The notes: a model not told the origin generated them from the letters alone. A stretch of DNA of 59,539 nucleotides from Alphaproteobacteria bacterium (GCA_016869375.1 VGEH01000006.1:1-59539), one strand, 5' to 3'. Counted from the stretch's first letter, positions 14,175 through 25,693 are shown. A program made the numbers and translations.

Positions 14175-16033
14175 CCGGCGACGAAGCGCCTCCACATCGT
14201 CGTGTAGGCGTCTTCGACCGATCGGGCGTGCGCGATCCTGTCGCAGAGGATCGATGAGCTGACGCGCGATCGGAGCGTGGCGCGCAGTTCTTCCCTCTGC
14301 TTCCTGTCGGCTGCGAGCGCGGCGGCAATGCGGACCATGTCGTCGATGTCGTGGGCGACGAGGCGATCGAGCCCGAGAGCGCCCAGCGTGCTGGCGCCGA
14401 CGCGCGCGGTGAAGCGGTCACCGGCCAGGGTGACGACGGGAATGCCCATCCACAGCTGCTCGAAGGTGGTCGTGGCGCCGTTGAACGGCAGCGGATCGAG
14501 GCCGATGTCGATACGCTGCAGGAATCGGAGGTGCTGATCCTTCGTTCCCTGATCGCTGCCTTCGAGGAGCAGGCGATCGCGGTCGATGCCGTGGCTGGCG
14601 AAGTCGCGGGCGAGACGGCCGCGCAGGCTCGCGACCTGGAACGCGTCGAAGTACCAAAGTGCCAGACGCGAACCCGGGACGGTGCGCATGACCGCCGCCC
14701 ATGCCGCGATCGTTTTCGGTGAGAGCTTCGCCGGGTTGTTGCAGGAGCCGAAGGTGATGATGCCGCTCAGGCTTTCGGGTATCGGGCCTGGTTCGGGTGC
14801 ACCCTCGATCGGTTGATGGAGATAGAGGCAGGGGAGGCGGAACAGCGTCTCAGTGAACCGTTCCGTCGCTTCCGGAGGATGAAGACGAGCATCGGTCATC
14901 CAGTAGTCGATCGCGGCCAACCCGGTGGAGGTGACGTCATAGAGGCTTGCCTGGATCGGAGCCGGCTTACGGCTTGCAACATCGAGTCGATTCTCACCGA
15001 CCTGTCCGGCGCAGCAGACCAGGATGTCGATTCGGTCTTCAGCGATCTGGCGAGCGGCGTCATGATCCGAAAGGTGGCGAACGTCTCGCCAGCGATCCGC
15101 CGCGGCACGGAATCGCGCTGTCATCGAATCCGGGCGGGCCACGTTCGAATACATCGTCACGCTGAAACGTCCTCGATCGTGACCCTCGATCAGGCCGATG
15201 AGATTCCGCCCGACGACGTGACCTCTGATGTCGCCCGACAGATACCCGATGGAGAGCCGGCGGTCGGGCGTCCGGTCGATGTCGGCGGGCACGCTGTGTG
15301 CGCTGGTGAGCCGGGCCGCCCAAGGTTTGTGCTCGGCCTCGACTGTCGTTGGATCGAGATCGTCGAGGTAGTGCAGCGTGAGCAGAAGGTTGCGCCGAAA
15401 CTCGGAGCTCTGTTTCAAGGCGAGCGCTCGACGGAACGTCCGCACGGAAGACGTCGCCAAGCCCAGATCCTTGAGCGAAACGGCAAGGCAATTATGGATC
15501 GCCGCATTGTCAGGAGACAGAACGAGCGCCCGTTTGGCGTTGGCGACGGACGCGTCTCGTACACCGATATTCTGAAGAAGCGCCGCCAGTGTCGCGAGCA
15601 CGACCGGAGAGGTTCGATCGATATGCACGCTTCGCCGCAGGTTCTTGGCCGCATCTCGCATGTCACCCGTCTCGTCAACCGCGAGAGCGAGATTGTAATA
15701 GGCCTGCGGATTGTCCGGCGCGAGGCTGAGGCCGCGGCGTGTCGAGGCAGCCGCCACGGCCGGCCGGCGTTGCGCCGCGGTGACCTGTGCCAGATTCAGG
15801 TGAAACGCTGCCTGCGTCGGATCGATGGCAAGCGCCCGGCCGATCGAGGCAGCGGCGCGCGGATGCCCGCCGCGCTGGAAGAGGGCAAGCCCGCGCAAGT
15901 GATGCGCGTCAGCATTCGCCGGCACCGCCGCGAGCACGGTGACATAGACGCGGACTGCCTCGTCTATCCGGCCGGCCTAGTGCTTGCGAAGCGCGTCCGT
16001 GAGAGCGGCCTGGATGTCTTCCAGGGTAGGCAT
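14171..16033 (-). pseudogene. TPR-repeat O-GlcNAc transferase-like protein (GT41/SPINDLY-like) with an in-frame TAG at codon 19
   Basis: TPR helices are followed by IGYLSGDIRGHVVG, KPAPIQ, FGSCNNPAKL and DIGLDPLPFNGATTTFEQLWMGIPVVTL. From the ATG at 16033 it reads MPTLEDIQAALTDALRKH*AGRIDEAVRVY, in frame with the 588-aa ORF. Confidence 0.75.
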
Positions 16034-16052
16034 GGCGTCATACTGGCACGGA

Positions 16053-16679
16053 TCAGCCGAACAGCTCGTGGATCGCGAGCCAGACTCCGGCGACGAAAGC
16101 GCCGAGCACGGCCGCGACCAGGAACACCGCCACGATCGCGGTCACAAGGCCGAGGATGACGAAGAGCCCGTCGCGGCCGATCAGCGCCAGCGCGAAAAGA
16201 CTGATGGCGATCGCCGGCGGCTGGTTGCCGAGCACGATCGGCAGCGCCATCAGCGCGGCCATGATGACGCAGATCAGGCCGATCAGGCGCTCGGCGGCAA
16301 AGGTCACGAGGAGGCCGAGCCGCGGGCGCACGAGCCTCTCGGCGCGCTCGAGCCAGGGCAGGGCCTTGTCCAGGATGCGCGCGAGCTCGGCGCGCGAGAA
16401 GGATTTGGCGCCGAGCCAGCGCGGCAGCCAAGGCCGGTGGCGGCCCTGCATGAGCTGGGCTGCGATCAGGATCAGCGGAACGCCGAAAACGGTCGAGATG
16501 CCGGGGATCGCGGAGATCGGCAGCGCCATCGGCAGCGACAGCAGCAGCATGGCGAGCCCGTAGCCGCGGTCGCCGAGGATCTCGATCGCCTCGTCGAGCG
16601 TCAGCCGCTCGCCACCGGCGGGGTCGGTCAGCCGTCTCAGGACGGCGCCGATCGTCTCGCCAGGCGCTTGGGTGTTCAC
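16053..16679 (-). CDS. exoD: ExoD family exopolysaccharide biosynthesis membrane protein
   Basis: LGDRGYG, IPGISTVFG, PWLPRWL, GNQPPA and RDGL, with hydrophobic helices. Confidence 0.85.
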   Translation of the reverse strand: MNTQAPGETIGAVLRRLTDPAGGERLTLDEAIEILGDRGYGLAMLLLSLPMALPISAIPGISTVFGVPLILIAAQLMQGRHRPWLPRWLGAKSFSRAELARILDKALPWLERAERLVRPRLGLLVTFAAERLIGLICVIMAALMALPIVLGNQPPAIAISLFALALIGRDGLFVILGLVTAIVAVFLVAAVLGAFVAGVWLAIHELFG

Positions 16680-17602
16680 GACCGCGGATGAGCGGCGCGG
16701 TGGACCTCGAGAAGGCGGGTGAGGTCGACCTTGGTGTAGCGCTGGGTCGTCGCCAGCGAAGCGTGGCCCAGCAGCTCCTGGATGGCGCGGAGATCGGCGC
16801 CTTCCGCGAGGAGGTGGGTCGCGAAGCTGTGCCGAAGCGCATGCGGCGTTGCCGTCTCCGGCAGGCCGAGGCCGCGGCGAAGCTTCGCCACGGCGCCTTG
16901 CACCAGGCGCGGATGCAGCGGCCCACCGCGCGCACCGAGGAACAGCGGACCGTCCGGTCCCGGATTGTGCGGGCAGAGCGCGACATATGCGGCGACGGTC
17001 TCGGCGACAAGCGGCAGGATCGGCACCGCGCGCGACTTACGGCCCTTGCCGAGGACGGTGAGCGAGCCTTGCTCCGTCGGCGCCTCGCGGCGCGTGATCG
17101 CGAGCGCTTCGCCGAGACGGAGGCCGGCGCCGTAGAGAAGTGCGAGCACGGCGGCATCGCGGGCGCCATGCCAGGGCTCGCTGCCTTCGCTTTCGATCGC
17201 GTCGAGAAGCTCGGAGGCTTCGGGGATGGTCAGCGCCTTCGGCACCGATTGCGGGCGCTTCGGCGTGCGGATGGTGGCGAGTTTCGGGTTTTCGGCAAGG
17301 CCACGGCGGCCGAGGAAGCGAAAGAAGTTACGGATCACCGAGAGCGAGCGCGCGGCGGAGGTCTTGGCGCGGCCGCGCGCCTGCTCGGCGGCGAGGAAGG
17401 CCCGGAAATCGCCGGGCTTGAGCGCGGCGAGATCGGCAAGGCTCGCCTCCTGGCCGAGATGGCCGGTCAGGAAACCCAGAAACTGCGCAAGATCGCGTTC
17501 ATAGGCATCGAGCGTGTGCCGCGAAGCGCGTCGTTCATGAGCGAGCCAGGCGCGCCAGTCCGCGACGGCGCGGGCGACGGTCAGGTCGGCGACCTCAGCC
17601 AT
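16676..17602 (-). CDS. xerC: Tyrosine recombinase XerC
   Basis: LYGAGLR, GKGRK, HALRHSFATHLL and LGHASLATTQRYT. It lies downstream of DUF484 as is usual. Confidence 0.92.
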   Translation of the reverse strand: MAEVADLTVARAVADWRAWLAHERRASRHTLDAYERDLAQFLGFLTGHLGQEASLADLAALKPGDFRAFLAAEQARGRAKTSAARSLSVIRNFFRFLGRRGLAENPKLATIRTPKRPQSVPKALTIPEASELLDAIESEGSEPWHGARDAAVLALLYGAGLRLGEALAITRREAPTEQGSLTVLGKGRKSRAVPILPLVAETVAAYVALCPHNPGPDGPLFLGARGGPLHPRLVQGAVAKLRRGLGLPETATPHALRHSFATHLLAEGADLRAIQELLGHASLATTQRYTKVDLTRLLEVHRAAHPRS

Positions 17603-18282
17603 GACCGGACCGAGATCTCCAGCGCACGGGCGAGGAAAGCCAGAAGCTCGGTGCCCTGGCTCGGATGGAAAGTGCTTTCGCGCCGGGAGCCGAAGGCGAT
17701 CAGCCCGACCGGCGCCTCGGCGCTCACCTTGATCCGGATCAGCGCATCGGAACGCACGAGGCCGGCGGCGGCACCGAAGATCTCGGCCTCGCCCTGTCCT
17801 TCCGGACGCAACCGCGTGTCACGACCCTCGCCGATCAGGCGATCGACGCTGCTGGCGGGAAGCCGGGTGATTCCGAGGACATGGCCGGCCGTGATCTTGG
17901 CATCGGCCGCCTCGACCGCGAAGGCGACGACGTCGAGATCCAGGATCAGCGCCAGATCCTGCGTCACGGTGTGGACGAGATGCTCCAGGCTCGGCGCCTC
18001 GATCATCGCCAGGACCGCCGAGTGGACACGGCCCTGGGTCTGCAGGTTGACGCGGTTGGTGGCGATCAGCTTGCGCTGCGTCGTCTTCAGCCGGCCAAGC
18101 TCGCTACGCTGCCGATCGAGCATCACCTTCTGCAGGTCGACCACGCCTTCGCTCATCTCGCGGCCAGGCGCCATCAGGGCGAGCACCGCATCCGGATGGT
18201 TCAGGAGGAAGTCCGGATGCCGGCGCAGATATTCGGTGACTTCTGCGGCGTCGAGCGTTTCGTTGGGGCGTGCGGTGGACAT
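17581..18282 (-). CDS. DUF484 family protein
   Basis: YLRRHPDFL, VVDLQ..L.R and FHPSQGTELLAFLA. TGATG coupling with fsa. Confidence 0.85.
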   Translation of the reverse strand: MSTARPNETLDAAEVTEYLRRHPDFLLNHPDAVLALMAPGREMSEGVVDLQKVMLDRQRSELGRLKTTQRKLIATNRVNLQTQGRVHSAVLAMIEAPSLEHLVHTVTQDLALILDLDVVAFAVEAADAKITAGHVLGITRLPASSVDRLIGEGRDTRLRPEGQGEAEIFGAAAGLVRSDALIRIKVSAEAPVGLIAFGSRRESTFHPSQGTELLAFLARALEISVRSWLRSPT

Positions 18283-18938
18283 CAGAGGATCGATTGTCCT
18301 GTCTTCTTCCAGTCGGCGAGGAAGGCGGCGAGACCCTTGTCGGTTAGCGGATGGTTGAAGAGCGAGCGCAGCACCGCCGGTGGCAAGGTCGCCACATCGG
18401 CGCCGAGCTTGGCCGACTCGATCACATGGATCGGGTGGCGGATCGAGGCGACCAGCACCTCGGTCTTGAAGGCAGGGTAGCTGCGATAGATCTGGACGAT
18501 GTCGGCGATCAGCCCCATGCCGTCCTGGCCGATGTCGTCGAGCCGGCCGACGAAGGGCGAGATGAAGGCCGCGCGCGCCTTGGCCGCGAGCAGGGCCTGG
18601 GCCGGAGAGAAGCAGAGCGTGACATTGACCTTGGTGCCCTCGTCGGCGAGCACGCGGCAGGTCTTGAGCCCGTCCGGCGTCAGCGGCACCTTGACCGCGA
18701 CGTTCTTGGCGATCTTGGCGAGCTTGCGGCCCTCGGCCAGCATGGCCGCGTGGTCGGTCGCGGTCACCTCGGCCGAAACCGGCCCCTCGACCGCGGCACA
18801 GATCTCGGCGATCACGTCGAGCATCTTGCGGCCGCTCTTCTGGATGAGCGATGGATTGGTGGTGACACCGTCGAGGAGGCCGGTCGCGGCCAGCTCCCGA
18901 ATCTCGGCGATGTCGGCGGTATCGACGAAGAACTTCAT
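18282..18938 (-). CDS. fsa: Transaldolase / fructose-6-phosphate aldolase
   Basis: [20 protein letters not shown] and SPFVGRLDD. Confidence 0.93.
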   Translation of the reverse strand: MKFFVDTADIAEIRELAATGLLDGVTTNPSLIQKSGRKMLDVIAEICAAVEGPVSAEVTATDHAAMLAEGRKLAKIAKNVAVKVPLTPDGLKTCRVLADEGTKVNVTLCFSPAQALLAAKARAAFISPFVGRLDDIGQDGMGLIADIVQIYRSYPAFKTEVLVASIRHPIHVIESAKLGADVATLPPAVLRSLFNHPLTDKGLAAFLADWKKTGQSIL

Positions 18939-18972
18939 TTGCGGCCCCGGAATCTAGTGTGAAATCTACCTC

Positions 18973-21180
18973 ATGATGGCTGACGACGCCAGCACACAAG
19001 CCATTGGGGGTGGAGCCCGGGTCTCGGTCCTGCTGCCGCTGCCCCTGGCCGGCCCTTACGATTATTTGGTGCCGGAGGAGATGACGCTCCAGAGGGGCGA
19101 GTTCGTCATCGTGCCGCTGGGACCGCGCGAACTTCTCGGCGTGGTCTGGGGCAAGGGCACCGACGATGTCGCCGAAGCCAGGCTGAAGCCCGTGGTCGAG
19201 CACCTGGAGGACGCCCCGTCGCTGCCGGAAGCCGTCCTGCGCTTCGTCGACTGGGTCGCCGCATACACGCTTTCGCCGCCGGGGGCCGTGCTCCGCATGG
19301 CGATGAGCGTGCCGTCGGCGCTGGTCCCGCCGCGGCTCGCAACGGGATACCGCTTCTCACGTATGCCGGAGCCCGGTGAGCGTGTGACGGCGCAGCGAAA
19401 GCGCGTCATCGAGCTTCTTGCAGAAGGCGTCGCCTGGCTTCCGCCCGACCTTGCACGCGAAGCGGGTGTCGGCGCCGGCGTGCTCAAGGCGATGGAGAAG
19501 GACGGGATCATCGAAAAGGTTGAGCTCCCGCCGGGACCACCCTTCGAGATGCCGGATGTCGACCGGCCGGGCCGAACCCTCTCCACGGACCAGGCAGCAG
19601 CATCGACCGAGATGTGCCAGCGCCTCGCCGAGGATGCGTTCTCCGTGACCCTGCTCGACGGCGTCACCGGCAGCGGCAAGACCGAGGTCTATTTCGAGGC
19701 GGTCGCCGAGTGTCTTCGCCGCGACCGGCAGGCGCTGGTGCTGCTGCCGGAGATCGCGCTGTCGGCGGAGTGGCTCGGGCGTTTTGAGTCCCGCTTCGGC
19801 GTGAAGCCGGCGGTATGGCATTCGGACCTGACGCAGGCCGAGCGCCGTATCACCTGGCGCGCGATCGCCGAGGGCAAGGCACCGGTCGTGGTCGGCGCGC
19901 GTTCGGCGCTGTTCCTGCCTTATCCGGATCTCGGCCTCATCGTCGTCGACGAGGAGCACGATCCCGCCTTCAAGCAGGAGGACGGGGTTCACTACCACGC
20001 GCGCGACATGGCGGTGGTACGCGCCCAGCTCGGCCGCTTTCCGATCGTGCTGTCCTCGGCGACGCCTTCGCTCGAAAGCCACGTGAACGAGACGACTGGA
20101 CGATACCGGCGGCTGCATCTGCCCGACCGTCATGCGGGCGCGCAGCTGCCCGACATCCGCACGATCGATCTGCGTCGCGACAAGCCGCCCTCGCAGCACT
20201 TCTTGAGCCCGCCTCTCGTGCAAGCGCTGCATGAGACCCTCGCTGCCGGCGAGCAATCGCTCTTGTTCCTCAATCGCCGAGGCTACGCGCCGCTGACCTT
20301 GTGCCGCGCCTGCGGCACGCGGCTCGCCTGCCCCAACTGCTCGACTTGGCTGGTCGAGCATCGGCTGGCCGGACGGCTGCAGTGCCATCATTGCGGCCAC
20401 TCTTCGCGTCGTCCGCCCGCCTGTTCTTCCTGCGGTGCCGATGACGCCTTCGCCGCTTGCGGCCCCGGGGTCGAGCGGCTCGCCGAGGAGCTGCTTACCG
20501 TCCTGCCCGAAGCCCGGTTCACTGTGATGACCAGCGACACGATCGGCGGTCCGGCGCAGGCCGCGGAGCTGGTGCGCTCGATCCGCGACGGCGAGGTCGA
20601 CGTCGTGATCGGCACGCAGATGGTGGCCAAGGGCCACAACTTCCCCAAGCTGACCTTGGTCGGCGTCGTCGATGCCGATCTCGGCCTCGAAGGCGGCGAT
20701 CTGCGAGCGGCGGAACGTACCTATCAACTCCTGCATCAGGTTGCCGGCCGCGCCGGACGGCACGAGCGCCCGGGGCGCGTGCTCCTGCAGACCTGGCAGC
20801 CGGAGAGTCGCGTGATGGCGGCGCTCGCCTCGGGCGATCGCGACCGTTTCCTCGCGGTCGAGGCGGCCGAGCGCGAGGCGGCCGGCATGCCGCCCTATGG
20901 GCGTCTTGTCGGCCTCGTTATCTCCAGCCACGATCCGCAGGTCGTCGATGCGGTCGCGCGTGCCCTCGGCAAGTCCGCGCCGACGGGAGAGGGGATCCAG
21001 GTGCTGGGACCGGCGCCGGCGCCGCTCGCGCTGCTGCGTGGTCGCCATCGTCGCCGGCTGTTGCTCAAGGCCGACCGTGCGGTCCGCGTGCAGCCGATCG
21101 TCGTCGACTGGCTCGCGCGCGTGAAGGTGCCTGGCACCGCACGCGTGCAGATCGACATCGACCCGTACAGCTTTCTTTAG
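18973..21180 (+). CDS. priA: Primosomal protein N'
   Basis: [12 protein letters not shown], a four-CxxC zinc region and QVAGRAGR. Confidence 0.96.
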   Translation: MMADDASTQAIGGGARVSVLLPLPLAGPYDYLVPEEMTLQRGEFVIVPLGPRELLGVVWGKGTDDVAEARLKPVVEHLEDAPSLPEAVLRFVDWVAAYTLSPPGAVLRMAMSVPSALVPPRLATGYRFSRMPEPGERVTAQRKRVIELLAEGVAWLPPDLAREAGVGAGVLKAMEKDGIIEKVELPPGPPFEMPDVDRPGRTLSTDQAAASTEMCQRLAEDAFSVTLLDGVTGSGKTEVYFEAVAECLRRDRQALVLLPEIALSAEWLGRFESRFGVKPAVWHSDLTQAERRITWRAIAEGKAPVVVGARSALFLPYPDLGLIVVDEEHDPAFKQEDGVHYHARDMAVVRAQLGRFPIVLSSATPSLESHVNETTGRYRRLHLPDRHAGAQLPDIRTIDLRRDKPPSQHFLSPPLVQALHETLAAGEQSLLFLNRRGYAPLTLCRACGTRLACPNCSTWLVEHRLAGRLQCHHCGHSSRRPPACSSCGADDAFAACGPGVERLAEELLTVLPEARFTVMTSDTIGGPAQAAELVRSIRDGEVDVVIGTQMVAKGHNFPKLTLVGVVDADLGLEGGDLRAAERTYQLLHQVAGRAGRHERPGRVLLQTWQPESRVMAALASGDRDRFLAVEAAEREAAGMPPYGRLVGLVISSHDPQVVDAVARALGKSAPTGEGIQVLGPAPAPLALLRGRHRRRLLLKADRAVRVQPIVVDWLARVKVPGTARVQIDIDPYSFL

Positions 21181-21656
21181 GCTTCCTGCTTTACGTCGGC
21201 GACGGTGCCGCCGGAGATGCGGACTAGCTCGTCGGCGCTCAAGCGGAACACCGCGTTCGGCGTGCCGGCGGCGGCCCAGATCGGATCGAGCGCGAGCAGG
21301 TCGCGGTCGATCAGCACGATCGGGGATTCGGAATGGCCGAGCGGAGCCACGCCCCCGATGGCGTAGCCGGTACGCTCGCGCACATAGGCGGCATCGGCGC
21401 GACCGATCTTCTGGCCGATCTCGGCCTTCACCTTCTTCTCGTCGATCCGGTTGATGCCCGAAGCAACGACCAGCACCGGGCGCCCGCTCGCCGCCTTGAA
21501 CACCAACGACTTCGCGATCTGCGCGAGCGTGCAGCCGATCGCCGAGGCGGCTTCGGCGGAACTCCGCGTCGACTCCGGGAACTCGACGACGCGACCGGCC
21601 ATGCCCTGAGCGGCCAGCAGGTCTTCGACGCGTTGAGCGGCGGGCTTGAGGGACAT
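21177..21656 (-). CDS. YbaK/EbsC aminoacyl-tRNA deacylase family protein
   Basis: [21 protein letters not shown] and WAAAG. Confidence 0.88.
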   Translation of the reverse strand: MSLKPAAQRVEDLLAAQGMAGRVVEFPESTRSSAEAASAIGCTLAQIAKSLVFKAASGRPVLVVASGINRIDEKKVKAEIGQKIGRADAAYVRERTGYAIGGVAPLGHSESPIVLIDRDLLALDPIWAAAGTPNAVFRLSADELVRISGGTVADVKQEA

Positions 21657-21746
21657 GATGTGCTCTCGGCTTGCAGGCGCGCGTGTGTATACGCATTCCC
21701 GAGATCTGACTAGATTGGCTGAGACGCGGAGGAGGTCCGGCGGACG

Positions 21747-22319
21747 GTGAAGCTCAATCTCGGATGCGGATCGGACATTCTCGCCGGCTGGGTCAATGTC
21801 GACCTGCATCCGGGTGCGGGCGTCGACCGGATCGTCGATCTCGAGCGCGTTCCCTGGCCCTGGGGCGATTCTTCCGCCGAGGAAGTGAGGCTGAAGCACG
21901 TGCTCGAACATCTCGGGCGGAACTCCGAGACGTTTCTCTCCGTGATCAAGGAGCTCTGGCGGGTCTGCGCGAACGGAGCAAAGGTAGCGATCACCGTTCC
22001 ACACCCGCGCCATGACGCGTTTCTCACTGACCCGACCCATGTCCGGCCGATCCTCGAAGGAACACTCCGGCTATTCGACCAGGGTGCCAATTTCGAGGAC
22101 CGGAAGCGCGGCTTCTCCAACACGCCGCTGGGCCTGATCACAGGTGTCGACTTCCGGCTCGAATCCGTCGAGCACACCGTCGAGAAGGATTGGCTGGAGC
22201 GCTTCCAACGCGGCGAGATCTCCCATGCGGAGCTCAATCACGCGGCCCGGCACTACAACAACGTGATCAGCGAGACCGACTTCCTGTGGCGGACGGTCAA
22301 GCCGGCCGGTGGGGTGTGA
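21747..22319 (+). CDS. Class I SAM-dependent methyltransferase-like protein
   Basis: LNLGCG motif I, HVLEHL and DPTHVR. Confidence 0.75.
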   Translation: MKLNLGCGSDILAGWVNVDLHPGAGVDRIVDLERVPWPWGDSSAEEVRLKHVLEHLGRNSETFLSVIKELWRVCANGAKVAITVPHPRHDAFLTDPTHVRPILEGTLRLFDQGANFEDRKRGFSNTPLGLITGVDFRLESVEHTVEKDWLERFQRGEISHAELNHAARHYNNVISETDFLWRTVKPAGGV

Positions 22320-22325
22320 TCGCCG

Positions 22326-23318
22326 ATGGCGGATGAGCCCGCACCTGCAGCCGTGACGCGTCTCGCGGAAGCCGTGCGCAACGGCGACCGGCGCGCGTTG
22401 GCTCAGGCGCTGACCCTGGTCGAGTCGACGCGGCCCGATCATCGCGCTCAGGCCGATGCGCTGCTTTCCCGGCTCCTGTCGGCGACAGGACGGGCGGCGC
22501 GGGTCGGCGTCTCGGGCGCGCCCGGCGTGGGCAAGTCGAGCTTCATCGAGGCGCTCGGGCTGCACCTCGCCGAAGAGGGGCGCAGGGTCGCAGTCCTCGC
22601 CGTCGATCCGTCCTCAGAAGTCTCCGGTGGGTCGATCCTCGGCGACAAGACGCGGATGGAGCGATTGTCGCGCCATCCCAACGCCTTCATCCGGCCATCG
22701 CCCTCCGGCGGTGCGCTCGGCGGTGTCGCCCGGCGCAGCCGCGAGACGCTTCTGATCATGGAAGCGGCCGGCTACGAAGTGGCGCTGGTCGAGACGGTCG
22801 GTGTCGGCCAGTCCGAGACCGCCGTCGCCGAGATGACCGACAGCTTCCTCCTGCTGCTGGCTCCGGGCGGCGGCGACGAGTTGCAGGGCATCAAGAAGGG
22901 CATCGTCGAGCTTGCTGACCTCCTGGCGGTCACCAAGGCCGATGGAGATCTGAAGCCGGCCGCCGGGCGCGCCCGCGCCGACTATGCGGCGGCCCTTGCC
23001 ATCCTCGGCGGCGGGTCGGATTGGCGGCCGGCTGTGCTCACCTGCTCATCCGTCACCGGCCAGGGCATCGCCGAGGTCTGGCAGGCGGTCCTCCGGCACC
23101 GCGAGGCCTTGGGCGCCATGGGTTTGGCGGCCAAGCGGGCTGTCCAGGCGCGGCGCTGGATGTGGCGTGAGGTCGAGGAGGGGCTGATCGCCGCGCTCCG
23201 GGCCGATCCCGAGGTGGCGGCGCGGCTTGGGCCTCTCGAGCAGGCTGTGGCCAATGGCCGCGCCACGCCCGGCGAGGCGGCTGGCGAGCTTCTCAGGGCG
23301 TTCCGGCCCGGCGCTTGA
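22326..23318 (+). CDS. meaB: Methylmalonyl-CoA mutase-associated GTPase MeaB
   Basis: [28 protein letters not shown] and [10 protein letters not shown]. Confidence 0.93.
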   Translation: MADEPAPAAVTRLAEAVRNGDRRALAQALTLVESTRPDHRAQADALLSRLLSATGRAARVGVSGAPGVGKSSFIEALGLHLAEEGRRVAVLAVDPSSEVSGGSILGDKTRMERLSRHPNAFIRPSPSGGALGGVARRSRETLLIMEAAGYEVALVETVGVGQSETAVAEMTDSFLLLLAPGGGDELQGIKKGIVELADLLAVTKADGDLKPAAGRARADYAAALAILGGGSDWRPAVLTCSSVTGQGIAEVWQAVLRHREALGAMGLAAKRAVQARRWMWREVEEGLIAALRADPEVAARLGPLEQAVANGRATPGEAAGELLRAFRPGA

Positions 23319-23343
23319 CGGCCCGGAAGGGCTTGGGTACAAC
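23315..23343 (+). promoter_or_regulatory. Putative sigma70 promoter of rpmB
   Basis: TTGACG-17 nt-TACAAC about 60 nt upstream of rpmB. Confidence 0.55.
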
Positions 23344-23405
23344 CCCGCGCCTCGGCGCTGGGCTCAAACCCGGCGTCTCACCTTTCATTCGGTCGGACCC
23401 GTGCC

Positions 23406-23699
23406 ATGGCAAGACGCTGCGACATCACCGGCAAGGGCGTTCTGGTTGGCAACAATGTCAGCCACGCCAACAACAAGACCAAGCGGCGCTACCTGCCGAA
23501 CCTGCAGGAGGTGACATTGCTCTCCGACCTGCTCGGCCAGCCGGTCCGTCTGCGCGTGAGCGCTCATGGGCTTCGGTCCATCGAGCACAACGGCGGCCTC
23601 GATCAGTATCTGCTGTCGACCCGCGACGCCAAGCTGCCCGAGGACGCCCAGCGCCTGAAGCGCCGGATCAAGAAGGCCCAGGCCGCCAAGGCTGCCTGA
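23406..23699 (+). CDS. rpmB: 50S ribosomal protein L28
   Basis: [29 protein letters not shown]. Confidence 0.97.
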   Translation: MARRCDITGKGVLVGNNVSHANNKTKRRYLPNLQEVTLLSDLLGQPVRLRVSAHGLRSIEHNGGLDQYLLSTRDAKLPEDAQRLKRRIKKAQAAKAA

Positions 23700-23723
23700 C
23701 CAACCGATCTTCTGATGTAAGCG

Positions 23724-23752
23724 CGGGCGCCTTCGGGCGCCCGTTTCGTTTT
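23724..23752 (+). terminator. Rho-independent terminator after rpmB
   Basis: CGGGCGCC-TTCG-GGCGCCCG followed by TTTCGTTTT. Confidence 0.85.
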
Positions 23753-24248
23753 ACGGCTTGTGCGCGGCGTACTTCTCGATCGCCATCGCCAGGCTCTGGT
23801 CGATCTGCGCGCCCAGCGGTCCGCCGTCGCCCTTGATGCCGCCCTTCACCACCGCCGTCATCACGTCGACATGCGCCTTGATGAGGGCGAGCTGCCGCTC
23901 GTTGGGGCTGGTCAGGCCGTCGGTGAACTTGAAGAGCGAGCTCGCGAACTTGGTCAGCAGCGGATAGCCGAAGGTGGCGCCTTCGCCGCGGATCTCGTGG
24001 ACGATCAGGTTGATGCCGGTGATCGCCTCGGCGCGGCGATCGGCGTCGGTCGCGGCCTGGTTGGCGAGCGCGACGAGCTTCTCGAGATCCGCCTTCACGC
24101 GGTCCGGATAGGAGGCGCCGACCTCGGCGATGCGGTCTTCCGCCTTCTTGAGCAGCGCCTCGTCGATCTTGCCCGGGACGCCCGGACGGCCGCCCAGCCG
24201 CTCCAGCATGGTATTTCGCGGACGGATCAGCTGCGGCTTGTCGGACAT
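23751..24248 (-). CDS. Hpt-like (histidine phosphotransfer) helical protein
   Basis: HEIRGEGATFGYPLL resembles the Hpt H-x-L-K-G motif. It is directly downstream of a response regulator. Confidence 0.65.
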   Translation of the reverse strand: MSDKPQLIRPRNTMLERLGGRPGVPGKIDEALLKKAEDRIAEVGASYPDRVKADLEKLVALANQAATDADRRAEAITGINLIVHEIRGEGATFGYPLLTKFASSLFKFTDGLTSPNERQLALIKAHVDVMTAVVKGGIKGDGGPLGAQIDQSLAMAIEKYAAHKP

Positions 24249-24258
24249 GGCGAACCCT

Positions 24259-24783
24259 TCAGTGCGGCGACGTCTTGCGCCGGTCCGGGAAGTTGATCGG
24301 GATGCTCTTGCGCCGCCGATCCGGCCCGAAATAGGTCGAGCAGGCGACGAACGGGCGCGGATTCTCGATCACCGAAAGCAGTCGACGCACCAGATTATGG
24401 ACTGAAACCGGTTTCGCCAGCACCTCGTTTGCACCGGCATCGCGCGCGGCCATGACGCGCGCATGGTCCGAATAGGCGGTCAGCATGATGAACGGCATGA
24501 AGCGGATGCCGTCGGAGTTGTGGTTGCGGATCCACTTGAGGAGTTCGATTCCCGATGTCGGCTCCATGCGCCAGTCGGAGATGACGATGTCGATGGCTGG
24601 CGTGCCTTGGGTCTGCAGCGTGGCGACCGAATCCAGAAGCTCCATCGACCTCTTGGCGTCGGTGTGGACCGTGATCTTGCCGACGCCGAGTTCCTTCAAG
24701 ATCGAGCCGAGGAGATCAGCCATCGGCTTGGCATCGTCGATCAGCAGGATCGACAGAGCCTTGAAGTTGTAGGTGCTCGCCAT
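24259..24783 (-). CDS. CheY-like response regulator with Arg-rich C-terminal tail (Cle-like)
   Basis: Receiver residues LIDD, ISDW, LTA and KP, plus the tail PRPFVACSTYFGPDRRRK. Confidence 0.8.
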   Translation of the reverse strand: MASTYNFKALSILLIDDAKPMADLLGSILKELGVGKITVHTDAKRSMELLDSVATLQTQGTPAIDIVISDWRMEPTSGIELLKWIRNHNSDGIRFMPFIMLTAYSDHARVMAARDAGANEVLAKPVSVHNLVRRLLSVIENPRPFVACSTYFGPDRRRKSIPINFPDRRKTSPH

Positions 24784-24808
24784 TGCGCGTCTGCCCGGTC
24801 TCTAGGCT

Positions 24809-25432
24809 CTAGACCCAGAGGATCTGGGCGGAACGCCCAAGCGCCCAGACACCGAAGGCCAGGATGGCGACCGAGGCGCCGCGATGAATCCAGACCAGCG
24901 TCCGCTCGGAAAGCGCATGCCGGATCGCCGAAACCACACCCGAGAGCCCGAGCCACCAGGACGCCGATCCAAGGAACAAGCCAAGAACCAGCATCATCGC
25001 TGCGCCATACTCGGTGGCGCCGATGCCGATGGCAGCAAAAACCGCAAGAAACGAGAGCACCGTCATCGGATTGGCGATGGTCATCCCGAAGGTCGAAGCG
25101 AAGGCGCCGAAGAAGCCAACCCCGCTGACGCGGCCTTCATAGGCCGGCGGGGCGGAACGCAGACCGCGACATCCTAGCAGCACGAGTACGACACCGCCGA
25201 GAAGGCAAAGGACGCCCTCCCAGCGCACGAGAAACGTCATGACCGAAGCGACCCCGAAGGCCGCGATGGCGCCGAAAAGCGTATCGGCAACCGCCGCGCC
25301 CAGCCCCGAGGCTAGCCCGAGGCCGAAGCCGTCGACAAGCGTTCGGCGAATACAAAGGACGTTGATGGGCCCGACGGGAGCAGCAATGGCGAGGCCGCTC
25401 AGCGCGCCCTGGATGAGGAGCTCGACGGCCAA
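24809..25432 (-). CDS. LysE family translocator
   Basis: AAPVGPINVLCIRRTL, GLGAAVAD and TIANPMT. Confidence 0.88.
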   Translation of the reverse strand: MAVELLIQGALSGLAIAAPVGPINVLCIRRTLVDGFGLGLASGLGAAVADTLFGAIAAFGVASVMTFLVRWEGVLCLLGGVVLVLLGCRGLRSAPPAYEGRVSGVGFFGAFASTFGMTIANPMTVLSFLAVFAAIGIGATEYGAAMMLVLGLFLGSASWWLGLSGVVSAIRHALSERTLVWIHRGASVAILAFGVWALGRSAQILWV

Positions 25433-25693
25433 CCAAAGCCCTCCGCTTCGTCCGGGCGAGCAATATCAGATGGTTCGCTGCGACGCCAGGATTACCAATC
25501 TGTTAGCTCATTGTTCGAGCATTCGTGGCGCGCCGTTTTGGCGCGGTCCCGGCTTGTTGCGCACCCCCAGACCATATGCTAGACACCGGCCGCCGCGATG
25601 CCCTTGAGGCATGCGCGGCGGGCGGGGGATTTACTCGGATTTCGCGGGCCCTCGGGCCCTCGTTCCACTAGGCGGAAGCGGAGACGCAAACCG

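Noticed and set aside
16676-17602. Tyrosine recombinase as a prophage or island integrase
   Set aside because: Its size, motifs and DUF484 context indicate housekeeping XerC. No att sites or phage genes were seen.
18950-18972. TGAAATCTA resembling half of a RosR box between fsa and priA
   Set aside because: It is only a half-site with no matching inverted arm and could be chance.
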